DNA from: a virus
Length of the DNA stretch: 64,000 nucleotides
IMG/VR virus record: IMGVR_UViG_3300046011_004498
Span: 8,848 to 72,847 of that record
Direction: 5' to 3' (one strand)
Under the pieces are notes generated by a model that did no database searches, was not told the origin of the DNA, and worked only from the letters and a program-made list of their open reading frames with translations. Made by a program: the position numbers and the translations under genes. How positions within the stretch are numbered: the stretch's first letter is position 1; every line of letters begins with the position of its first letter. Below are positions 48,596 through 56,604 of this stretch, one piece after another.

Positions 48596-49393
48596 TTAGT
48601 GACGAAGTTCAGTTCTGTAGTTAGACCAACCAGTGAAGTTAGCATAACGTCCTTGAACTGGTGTTGCTTGGTGTTCAAATGGACTCAGATGAAGCTGTTC
48701 CAAGAGAGTGTTAGCAAGAGCTAAATCCTTAGGGATATTGATAGCTACATCACCAATAGGTGTATAGCTTAGCCTTGCTGATCTAGCTGCACTAAGCTTT
48801 TTAGCTGTTGGCAGATAGAAGTTCATGGCTTCTCTGGGTTTAACCCAAGGAAGATGCCACTCACCAACATTCAATTTCTGGTAAGTAGCATTATCTAGAG
48901 CAACTTTAATCATATTGGCAATAAGTTGAAACTCAGGCTGAGCAGCTGCATCCATACGAAGATGCAGCCAGTTCCAGTTAGTGCATGTGATTTGGACGTT
49001 AATGTAAGTCCAAGGTTCAATCATACGATTGATGATCTGCTTATGAGCATTTGAAAAGCTCATGAGCCAAGCACAAGTCAATACGATATGCCCTGTGGCG
49101 TACCACATGAATTTTGCCCACCAGAGAGCAAGTCCAGTGAGCTCTTCATGTGCCTGCATACCGGGTTGATTCTTACCCCAGAAAACTGGGGCAGCCATAC
49201 CCTCACGAGTAAGTTTAAGCATCTTCCTGAAGGGGATGGCTCGGCTAGAGCTTGCATTCCGGCTTGGGTCTTTGTGAGTCATAACCTCGGAATGAATAAA
49301 GCGAGGATATCTGGCTACAATGGTAGCGATCTTATCGCCCCATGGATTTACGGATGCGAGAATTACTCGCACGTCAAAAAGATGTGATGTCAT
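48596..49393 (-). CDS. thyX: flavin-dependent thymidylate synthase (ThyX/Thy1-like)
   Basis: YPRFIHSEVMTH...SRNASSSRAIP, HKQIINR, AQPE, SAARSARLSY, HLSPFEHQATP. Confidence 0.85.
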   Translation of the reverse strand: MTSHLFDVRVILASVNPWGDKIATIVARYPRFIHSEVMTHKDPSRNASSSRAIPFRKMLKLTREGMAAPVFWGKNQPGMQAHEELTGLALWWAKFMWYATGHIVLTCAWLMSFSNAHKQIINRMIEPWTYINVQITCTNWNWLHLRMDAAAQPEFQLIANMIKVALDNATYQKLNVGEWHLPWVKPREAMNFYLPTAKKLSAARSARLSYTPIGDVAINIPKDLALANTLLEQLHLSPFEHQATPVQGRYANFTGWSNYRTELRH

Positions 49394-49802
49394 AAGTACC
49401 GGGTTTTGCTGGGTTTCTAATACGGTTCAGATATTCAAGATTTTCATCATCTGCCGCAAATAACAGATACACTAATACCCCATTTGAGAAGATGGGAATT
49501 ATCCAAATTTTAACGGCTATGACATCGCCTAAATCATCTAAGAGATAAATAGTTACTAGCTGTCTACTTCGATCAGTTGAGTCAACAGAAGCCATTTTAT
49601 TATGTATTAGTTTGATTACACCTCTATCTACGACAACACATTCATCTAGTTTTTCCAAATAATCAATGTGATGTATTAAACGATTGAAGGGTACTTCAGC
49701 TAAACTATTAGGCTTAGGTGGTTTTAATGCTGGGTCTACCTCAGGATTTGACCATACATTTTCAAAACCTGGTGGATTATTTCCTAGCTGGGATGGGAGC
49801 AT
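49374..49802 (-). CDS. hypothetical protein
   Basis: Fills the gap between dcd and thyX; start uncertain. Confidence 0.55.
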   Translation of the reverse strand: MLPSQLGNNPPGFENVWSNPEVDPALKPPKPNSLAEVPFNRLIHHIDYLEKLDECVVVDRGVIKLIHNKMASVDSTDRSRQLVTIYLLDDLGDVIAVKIWIIPIFSNGVLVYLLFAADDENLEYLNRIRNPAKPGTYDITSF

Positions 49803-50268
49803 TTTCTTGGTCCTGATATTTCCCAACATAGGTTGACGTATGTTGAATCTCCTCAAAGAGGACTTGAACAATACCGGAACCAGCAGGAATATAGACACGT
49901 TCGTTGCCGTGAAAGACAACTTCAAGGGTAAGATAGCCTCTCCAGCCCGGCTCAATGACTGTACTGAAGGCAGCATCTACCCCATGTCTAGCCCATGTAG
50001 ATTTGTTTGATACACGACCAACTAGGGTCTCAGGCATATCAAAACATTCCATACTTGAAGCAAGTGTAAATCTACCGGGCCTCCATACACCGTCAATAGC
50101 GGTCCACGGACCCTCATCATTGGTCATGAAGTGAATAGATTGTTTGGTTCTAATGTCATAACCAGCTTCAGTTAGACCGTAAGAACCTCCATTTGGAAAG
50201 GCAATCTTATGTTGTTCCATGTCCTTGATGGGGTTCATGGCATACAGAGATGGTCCATTGATGATCAT
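49777..50268 (-). CDS. dcd: dCTP deaminase
   Basis: SYGL..AGYDIR, NKSTWAR.G, VIEPGWRGYLTLE, Y.GKYQDQ. Confidence 0.9.
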   Translation of the reverse strand: MIINGPSLYAMNPIKDMEQHKIAFPNGGSYGLTEAGYDIRTKQSIHFMTNDEGPWTAIDGVWRPGRFTLASSMECFDMPETLVGRVSNKSTWARHGVDAAFSTVIEPGWRGYLTLEVVFHGNERVYIPAGSGIVQVLFEEIQHTSTYVGKYQDQENAPIPARK

Positions 50269-50465
50269 TAAGAGTAGCCTCGGGCTGCGGCCAGAATAGC
50301 TTTGTAACGTCGCTTCTCTTTTTCAATAAGAAGTTCCGTTTGTTTAATCATATCTGGTCCATTATCAGGATGGCGTAGATGAGTTTTGAATAATGCTGGC
50401 AAATCAATTGCCAATGATGCTCTAATCATTTCATCTGTTGGTTCAGTAGGCACTTTGATAGTCAT
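50268..50465 (-). CDS. hypothetical protein
   Basis: MTIKVPTEPTDEMI; TAATG-coupled at both ends. Confidence 0.65.
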   Translation of the reverse strand: MTIKVPTEPTDEMIRASLAIDLPALFKTHLRHPDNGPDMIKQTELLIEKEKRRYKAILAAARGYS

Positions 50466-51637
50466 TAGTGGGCTACCTGAATGTGGATCAACTTGCCTTG
50501 ATTGACAGTTGCTCCGGGGTTGTTGATACAAAGCCATAGAATCGGGATACCTTCGACGTGGCTCATAATAGGGCAGTCTAGGTCAGTCATGACTACAGCC
50601 CCAGCAGGACGGCTTTTCTTGAGGTACTTAGCCACACATTCAAGACTGGTTCCTCCTCGACCAACAATCTCAATTTGTTCGAGAGATGCACCGGGAGTAA
50701 ATGTCTGAACTTTCTGGATTCGAGTATCAAACTGAATGAGATTCAAAGCTTTTGGCTTAAGAACTCCGTGAATGAAGCTGATTTCAGCCAACATCTGCTC
50801 TTCCATCCCGGTAGTTACAGAACCAGAGACATCAAAGAAGAAGTCCATTTCCATCAATCGACCACGTTTTCCACGAGCAGGAAGGATGACGTGATTATAT
50901 CGACGATTGCGTTTGGAATAGTTAAGACCAGACTTAGCTTTATCTTGAGCAAAGTCTTTGAGCTCAGACTTCCAGTTTACTACTGGTTGGTTCCTTTTAC
51001 GGATCATTTCAGAGATAGCTTCTACCTCTTTAGATGAATAACCAGTTCGTTGTTGAGCCATCGCAGCAGCATGTACAGCTTGCACGATTTCTTCGATTTT
51101 AGCGGGGTCATCAGGTTCGACAAGGTCTTGGTCGTCTGGATCATTAGACCAGCACCCAGCCTGCTTTACGGGGCCTGTACCGGGTTTTCCTTGACCACCT
51201 GAACCACCACCAGAGGGAGGCGGATCAGGCAAGAGATCATAGACCTCTTCAGCTGTCATGTTTCTAAAGACAGAATCAAGGAGAGGAGATACCCCATCAA
51301 AGGAGTATCCCTCATCCTTTAGCTGTAGATTAATGACAAAATCAGCAGCCCAGTTGAACTTCTTATGATTAAGTCCTTGAGCTCGAAGAGGATGAAGATA
51401 ACCAATATGACGCAGTTCATGCATCAAAATGGTGGGACGGGTTAGTTCAGGAATAGAACTAAACCAGTCAGGGTTAATCTCCATGGTAAGACCATCTGTC
51501 TGAGCGGTCTTAATCTTAGTATTCCATGTAATATCCATGGAACACATCAATGAACCAAGAAAGGCACCTTCTCCGGGATGGAGGAAGATTTCAAACTTGG
51601 CACTATCGAGCATAGTGTTCAGCTGTGGCGTGGTCAT
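50465..51637 (-). CDS. metallopeptidase-like (HExxH) + VWA domain protein (N4 gp25-like)
   Basis: TAQTDG, HELRH, N.AAD..IN, DVSGS MIDAS, GRGGT. Confidence 0.88.
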   Translation of the reverse strand: MTTPQLNTMLDSAKFEIFLHPGEGAFLGSLMCSMDITWNTKIKTAQTDGLTMEINPDWFSSIPELTRPTILMHELRHIGYLHPLRAQGLNHKKFNWAADFVINLQLKDEGYSFDGVSPLLDSVFRNMTAEEVYDLLPDPPPSGGGSGGQGKPGTGPVKQAGCWSNDPDDQDLVEPDDPAKIEEIVQAVHAAAMAQQRTGYSSKEVEAISEMIRKRNQPVVNWKSELKDFAQDKAKSGLNYSKRNRRYNHVILPARGKRGRLMEMDFFFDVSGSVTTGMEEQMLAEISFIHGVLKPKALNLIQFDTRIQKVQTFTPGASLEQIEIVGRGGTSLECVAKYLKKSRPAGAVVMTDLDCPIMSHVEGIPILWLCINNPGATVNQGKLIHIQVAH

Positions 51638-51645
51638 GAAAATCC

Positions 51646-52719
51646 TTAAGGGTTACGCCTCCGCAGATTGCGTTGGGCGTCAATGATAACAGGATGAGAA
51701 CGAGGGATTTGTTTGGTTGGATCGGCCAGAGCACCTCGCAAGAAGGTGACTCGGAATTCTGGGTCCAAGCGTTCGATGAATTGATAGATGTCCTGTAGAT
51801 TAGAAACATCTACGTCTTTACGAAGCTGAACCACCAGAGCAAATTGAAGACCACGGCTATTAGGCACAGCAATCACTGTAGGATCATTGATAATAGCTTT
51901 AGTTGTAGGAATCTGTCCGAATGTACGACAGAATGTAATGAACTCACGCCCAATTTCTGTACCCAACAGACCTTCAGCAGACGCTCTGTTGTGTGTTGCC
52001 TCGTAGTTAAATCCTGTTTGAGGATCACCACGAGAGTCTGTCCATTGGAACAGTTCTTGGGTTTTCATACGTTGTTGTTGCATGTCCCATGTACGAGGAC
52101 AGGCATAAGGGTCTTCAGCTTTGCTTGGATCAAACACATGACAGTGTTCTGGTTTCCATTCGAGATAAGCAGCTACCCGGTATTCCCAGCCAAATTTAGC
52201 CACCACATCTTCAAGGAAGATAGTGGGGTCAAATCGCATCTCGTAATTCACCATACGTGATGTCATGGCGGAAGACTGAGTGTTAACAATAGCGTTGTCA
52301 GTCTTCAGATTACCAGCAGCGACAATGTAAACCATAGGGTGTAGCTTGGCTTGACCTGCCTTTTTGTTGAGAACCAACGAATAAAGAGCAGCTTGTGTTT
52401 CAATTGATGCAGAATTGATTTCATCAATGAACAAGAGCCAACCAACATAACCATCGGGGATCGGTGTATCTTCAGTTGGGAACATCTCAAAGGTTTTGAA
52501 GATAGCGTGTTTACCAGCAACATCAGGAAAACCATTCACATCTGTTGGTTCAAGCATTGAACCATGTACAATAATGGGGAATAGTCGTGCTTCTTGGGCA
52601 ATACCACTAATCAAAGCAGTCTTACCAATGCCGGGATTTCCTTTAACAAAGGAAACAATACCTGATTCAAGATCAATCTTGATAGCTTCAGTAAGATCAC
52701 GAGAGTTAAGAGGGGTCAT
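51646..52719 (-). CDS. MoxR-like AAA+ ATPase (N4 gp24-like)
   Basis: GNPGIGKT, LFIDE, AAGN, CPRTW; paired with the VWA gene. Confidence 0.9.
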   Translation of the reverse strand: MTPLNSRDLTEAIKIDLESGIVSFVKGNPGIGKTALISGIAQEARLFPIIVHGSMLEPTDVNGFPDVAGKHAIFKTFEMFPTEDTPIPDGYVGWLLFIDEINSASIETQAALYSLVLNKKAGQAKLHPMVYIVAAGNLKTDNAIVNTQSSAMTSRMVNYEMRFDPTIFLEDVVAKFGWEYRVAAYLEWKPEHCHVFDPSKAEDPYACPRTWDMQQQRMKTQELFQWTDSRGDPQTGFNYEATHNRASAEGLLGTEIGREFITFCRTFGQIPTTKAIINDPTVIAVPNSRGLQFALVVQLRKDVDVSNLQDIYQFIERLDPEFRVTFLRGALADPTKQIPRSHPVIIDAQRNLRRRNP

Positions 52720-52758
52720 AAGGTCTATCCTTGATGAGAGAAAAACAGGAATTCTAAG

Positions 52759-52789
52759 AAAAAAGGCTCCTGATTTCTCAGGAGCCTTT
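52759..52789. terminator. intrinsic terminator
   Basis: AAAGGCTCCTGA-tttc-TCAGGAGCCTTT with flanking A/T runs. Confidence 0.85.
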
Positions 52790-52791
52790 CT

Positions 52792-52959
52792 TTATTTTCT
52801 ACCAAATAAGGCACAAAGTGCGATTAAAGGCCAAAACAAGATAGTGGAGAATTGTAGTGTTAACCACCACATATCTCCCCATATTCGAGCACTTTCGACA
52901 ACAATCATACCAATGATGATATAAACTATTACAGCTAAGATAATTGTAAATCCGATCAC
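52792..52959 (-). CDS. 55-aa two-TM membrane peptide (not in ORF track)
   Basis: GTG start overlapping upstream TGA; MIGFTIILAVIVYIIIGMIVV...FWPLIALCALFGRK. Confidence 0.6.
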   Translation of the reverse strand: MIGFTIILAVIVYIIIGMIVVESARIWGDMWWLTLQFSTILFWPLIALCALFGRK

Positions 52960-53393
52960 TTGTCTTTTCCTGTTCGAGGGTCGCGCAAATAGGCGACGGA
53001 CCCCTTGGGTGCGTTCGCGGGGAGTTCGTCCAGCGAGCCGACCGTGATCGCGTCTTCTCCTGTAAGGGCGGCTCGGACCCGCTCGCGCTCGTGCTTCACA
53101 ATCTCGAAGTTGGTGTTGCCCATGATTTCTCTGGCATCACATTCAAAGGCTGTGACTTGCGCGAGGGCATGATCGGCAGACTTAAGCGCCCCCCGCAGCC
53201 TCTCTATCTCAGCGGCTTGGCGTTCAGAGGCTGCGTCAATAGCTGCGACAAGGGCACCCATCTGGTCATTTGCATCCACGTCTCGCAGGTGTCTGTTGCG
53301 AGCGCGGTCAGCGGCTTCGTAAATAGGGTTTTTCCAGACGCCATCCGGGACACCTGCGTTATCGCGCAGACCGGCTATGTCAGTGGTGGTCAT
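52956..53393 (-). CDS. hypothetical protein (island)
   Basis: MTTTDIAGL...AAEIERLRGAL...RAALTG, style of temperate-phage accessory genes. Confidence 0.65.
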   Translation of the reverse strand: MTTTDIAGLRDNAGVPDGVWKNPIYEAADRARNRHLRDVDANDQMGALVAAIDAASERQAAEIERLRGALKSADHALAQVTAFECDAREIMGNTNFEIVKHERERVRAALTGEDAITVGSLDELPANAPKGSVAYLRDPRTGKDK

Positions 53394-53533
53394 TTCGGTT
53401 GCTTCCTTTCTCGCGCTTCGCGGACGTAGCGAGCGCCGTTGAACAGGTGGTCCAGCAGAAGCAGCAGGAAGCTGGCCGCCACGCCGAACAGCCCGATGAT
53501 GACCAGCCCGATGAACTGCAAGAGCAGGGTCAT
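53390..53533 (-). CDS. 47-aa single-TM peptide (island)
   Basis: GGAGG RBS, MTLLLQFIGLVIIGLFGVAASFLLLLLD, ATGA overlaps at both ends. Confidence 0.65.
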   Translation of the reverse strand: MTLLLQFIGLVIIGLFGVAASFLLLLLDHLFNGARYVREARERKQPK

Positions 53534-54075
53534 GCCTCCCTCCCTGTATCGGTAGGGGCGGTAGGCAAAGGCATCCAGTGCTCAGGATCACGAAAGATGC
53601 CTTCAGCGACGCACCAGCCGATCTTTGCGTCCCACCAGTGAACCTCTGGCTCAAAGCCGCTCATTACGGCAAGGAAGCGCGTCCCGTCCTTCGGAGCCGT
53701 CGCAATGTCCCGCCACCCTGTATCGGTGGCCTTCGTGCCAAGGGCTGCGAGGATGGCGTCGGCGTCGTCCAACGTGTGACAGATGCCTTTCGTTGGGGCG
53801 TGGCGCTCGATAGCCGCCTCGACTATCTCCGCGACCCTCTGGCGCTGCTCCTCGGTTTCCCCTACCGGAACGACAGGGGATGCTCCGCAAACGGCGCACG
53901 GAACATTCGGGAACGTCGGGTGTCCTTCGCAGCCGCTGCAAGCCACCACCCCCTCTGGTGCAGGGGTGCGGGCAGCCAAGCGGCGTTCGCACTCGGCCCA
54001 CGTCACGACTTCGCCGCCCTCAATACGCACAAGGGCATCCGGCGACAGGGTGACGGTCGGCATAAACGGGGTCAT
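53530..54075 (-). CDS. DUF551-domain protein with CxxC..CxxC motif (island)
   Basis: WRDIATAPKDGT...HWMPLP; CSGC...CAVC; AAGGA upstream of ATG 54075. Confidence 0.75.
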   Translation of the reverse strand: MTPFMPTVTLSPDALVRIEGGEVVTWAECERRLAARTPAPEGVVACSGCEGHPTFPNVPCAVCGASPVVPVGETEEQRQRVAEIVEAAIERHAPTKGICHTLDDADAILAALGTKATDTGWRDIATAPKDGTRFLAVMSGFEPEVHWWDAKIGWCVAEGIFRDPEHWMPLPTAPTDTGREA

Positions 54076-54354
54076 TGGCTCTTTCCTTTCAGGGTGGCGC
54101 GGGCGCTGTCGGAAATCACCGACCGTTAGAGCGCGGCGGAAAACAGCCGCATGGCCGTCAGGCATTTCGGCGTCTGGCTCCCACTCGACAGAAACCAGCC
54201 GCTCCAACGCCCGTCCACGCTCCTGGTAGTCGAGCAGAAGGGCGCGGAGGTCGGATGCGGCTTGCGCGGATGAGAACGCCCACGGTTCGTGAGTAGAGCT
54301 ATCCAGCCACGCAGCAAGCGCGAGGGTTCGCCTCTCCATATCGTCGGGGGTCAT
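54072..54354 (-). pseudogene. small island gene with apparent +1 insertion near its 3' end, fusing it to the DUF551 gene
   Basis: Removing one base at ~54105 gives TVGDFRQARATLKGKSQ* ending in the ATGA overlap with the next start. Confidence 0.55.
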
Positions 54355-54494
54355 GCTGCTCTCCAAAGGTTCGGCGGGCCATAAAGGCGAGCGCACAAGG
54401 CGTGGAACCGCAGCGACCACTTGATGAACTGGCGGCTTGTTTGCGCGGTGTCCTTCCGCCGTTTGTATTTGGCCAGACGACGACGTGCGGTCAT
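54351..54494 (-). CDS. 47-aa basic peptide (island)
   Basis: MTARRRLAKYKRRKD...; GGAG RBS and ATGA overlaps. Confidence 0.55.
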   Translation of the reverse strand: MTARRRLAKYKRRKDTAQTSRQFIKWSLRFHALCARLYGPPNLWRAA

Positions 54495-54688
54495 GCTGCT
54501 TCTCCTTTTGGTTTATGAACAAACAGCATATTATCAATATGACTTCTAAGTCTAATGAGTTTTTCAGCTGTCCAAGGGTCAGTAGAATCATATCTTATAT
54601 GGTTATTACCATGAAGAAGATTTGAAATAGCTTGAAGTTCATCTACAGTAACTGTAAGAGGAACTATAGTATTATTAGGTTGTGTCAT
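54491..54688 (-). CDS. hypothetical protein
   Basis: AGGAGG RBS; 65 aa; AT-rich codons. Confidence 0.7.
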   Translation of the reverse strand: MTQPNNTIVPLTVTVDELQAISNLLHGNNHIRYDSTDPWTAEKLIRLRSHIDNMLFVHKPKGEAA

Positions 54689-54715
54689 AATTAGTACCTC
54701 CTAGTTGAGTTTCAA

Positions 54716-54750
54716 ATAAAAAATAACCCGCTCCTCCGAAGAGAAGCGGG
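54716..54750 (-). terminator. intrinsic terminator after Ig-like gene
   Basis: Minus strand: CCCGCTTCTC-TTCG-GAGGAGCGGG then TTATTTTTT (UUCG loop). Confidence 0.85.
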
Positions 54751-54776
54751 CTACTTTGTTTAAGTTATTGCCTATA

Positions 54777-55265
54777 TTAAGCAGTAACAGTCACGGTAAT
54801 CATATCTATCAGACCACTGGATGTGTTCGTAACAGTGATAACGGTTGTACCAGCAGCAACACCAGTGACCAGACCACCTACCGAGACAGTAGCTTTTGCC
54901 GGAACGGACGAAGCATAAGTCACAGCTTGAGGCTCAGTGGTATTGGTAGGAAGAACCACAGGAGCCAGTTGTCTGGTAGCAGCAACGGCAAGAGAGAAGT
55001 CATTACCGGCGTTGACTCCAGTAATGGGAACAACATTGATGATGCGATAAGCTGCATAATCAAATCTACCAGCCTTAATCATCAGTTCTTGAATGTGATG
55101 ATAAAGAACATGACTAACGTTGTTACCAACAGAGTCATCAGCATTGGCAGCGACATCAACATGGTCACTGGTTCCAATCAGAGTTTCACCTGTTGCAGCA
55201 CTTTCCGAGTTAGGACGAACACGAATCGTCTTATTAACCGGATGAACAAAGACTTTACGTGGCAT
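54777..55265 (-). CDS. Ig-like (Big_2) capsid decoration protein, N4 gp17 position
   Basis: VTYASS.PAKATVS..GLVTGVAAGTTVITVT; GAGGA RBS; downstream of RNAP II genes. Confidence 0.8.
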   Translation of the reverse strand: MPRKVFVHPVNKTIRVRPNSESAATGETLIGTSDHVDVAANADDSVGNNVSHVLYHHIQELMIKAGRFDYAAYRIINVVPITGVNAGNDFSLAVAATRQLAPVVLPTNTTEPQAVTYASSVPAKATVSVGGLVTGVAAGTTVITVTNTSSGLIDMITVTVTA

Positions 55266-55333
55266 TGTTATTTCCTCATGAAATGAACTCCTCATCATGA
55301 GGAGAGCTCATCTATCTCATTTTTAGTTAAAGA

Positions 55334-56539
55334 TTAAGTCTCTTGAAGCATTTCAGGAGTAACTACAAGTTCAGACATTTTACCAAAGCGAGCACTGTAA
55401 GTTTCTACGCTTGTTTGTCTGTTAGATTCATAACCATGACGTGCTGAGTGACTGTCATTGGGAGCTAGTGTTGGATACTGGGTGATCTTCATCCCACTAT
55501 CTTCGCCTGTCACTATCTCATGATGGTAATGCCCAGCCTTGCCGTATCGCTTGGTTGTTCTGCCCCACATGGCAGAGAACAGATTAGCGAACATCTTAGG
55601 CATATCAGGCAGTTTCTTGGCATGACCATGATGGACTGCAATCATCGTATTACCCCACTCGAAGGCATAAAACGGAGTGGCACTGTCCACGATCTCGACT
55701 CTTGGTTCCTCAGTGAACATCGCCTTGAGAAGCTCACGCATCCACACAGACGAAGCGATGTCATGATTGCCTTCAGCCATCAGGACAACGACCCGAGGAT
55801 ACTTGGCTAGAGCCATAGAGATCATCTTGAGCATGATCCGAATGATGGCTCTAACGATCTCTGTGTAGTGACCAGAGGCATCTACGATATGCCCGCTAGT
55901 AGGCGTAACTGGGCGTAAGCTATCGAAATGAGCAAAGTCTCCTAGTTGGGCTATAAAGCCTACAGCAGCATTAGGAGAGTTATCCAGCATATACTGGAAT
56001 GCCCTAATGATAAGAGATTCAGCTGTTTCGATATCCCAATGAGCTCCACCTTCTTCAGACCATGCTCGCATACCGATATGATAATCGGTGAAGACATGGA
56101 CGTTTAGGAGCTCAGCTACACTATAAATTGGTTTGGTTGTTGGGGGGAGAACAGGAAGCCCTTTCATGGCTTCTTCGATCCCCTCAAGCATGGCAGCGTA
56201 TCGCTGCTTATCTTCCAGTTTGATCTTTACCCACTGGGCCGGGGTATTTTCCGTCTTCTGGTAGTAAGTAGAAACACCAGAGACAACAAATGGATCAGGA
56301 ACAATTCTGATTAGATCATGTTGTGGAGAGTAACCTTTACTGGCTGCGAATTTGTAGAGACGACGGATAGGTCTACCAAGAGCATCTTTGTAAAGACCAA
56401 GGTCTTTCTCTGTCTGTTGAATGCTCTTCCCGCTTTTAGCTACAGCTTCAAGAGCTTTTATCTGTGTTGGAGTTGCCCAACGAAGAAGCTCAGGATCAAG
56501 AGTCAGATTTTCATCTTCTGGCGGCATAAACGTCAGCAT
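55334..56539 (-). CDS. calcineurin-like metallophosphoesterase with N-terminal HTH-like region
   Basis: DYH, GDFAHFD, GNHD, HHGH, GHYHH. Confidence 0.82.
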   Translation of the reverse strand: MLTFMPPEDENLTLDPELLRWATPTQIKALEAVAKSGKSIQQTEKDLGLYKDALGRPIRRLYKFAASKGYSPQHDLIRIVPDPFVVSGVSTYYQKTENTPAQWVKIKLEDKQRYAAMLEGIEEAMKGLPVLPPTTKPIYSVAELLNVHVFTDYHIGMRAWSEEGGAHWDIETAESLIIRAFQYMLDNSPNAAVGFIAQLGDFAHFDSLRPVTPTSGHIVDASGHYTEIVRAIIRIMLKMISMALAKYPRVVVLMAEGNHDIASSVWMRELLKAMFTEEPRVEIVDSATPFYAFEWGNTMIAVHHGHAKKLPDMPKMFANLFSAMWGRTTKRYGKAGHYHHEIVTGEDSGMKITQYPTLAPNDSHSARHGYESNRQTSVETYSARFGKMSELVVTPEMLQET

Positions 56540-56559
56540 ATTTAGGGCCTAACTTGCTG

Positions 56560-56597
56560 AAAAAAATAACCTCCAGCTGCCTTAGCAGCCGGAGGTT
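56560..56597 (-). terminator. intrinsic terminator after RNAP II subunit 2
   Basis: Minus strand: AACCTCCGGCTGC-taag-GCAGCTGGAGGTT then ATTTTTTT. Confidence 0.85.
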
Positions 56598-56604
56598 GAT
56601 GGTT

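Larger units (their letters stand above)
52956..54494 (-). mobile_element. horizontally acquired GC-rich block of small ATGA-coupled genes (no mobility gene)
   Basis: Hand counts: line 53701 = 40/60 GC; flanking lines 52861 = 24/60 and 54541 = 21/60; sharp edges at gene junctions. Confidence 0.8.

Noticed and set aside
53530-54591. 353-aa ORF (and 232-aa ORF 52956-53654) as single genes
   Set aside because: Better explained by a chain of small ATGA-coupled genes with their own RBSs; the long frames cross the GC boundary or other genes.
54727-54750. CGAAG-containing hairpin as a second vRNAP promoter
   Set aside because: Reads as a UUCG tetraloop terminator with a U tract on the coding strand.
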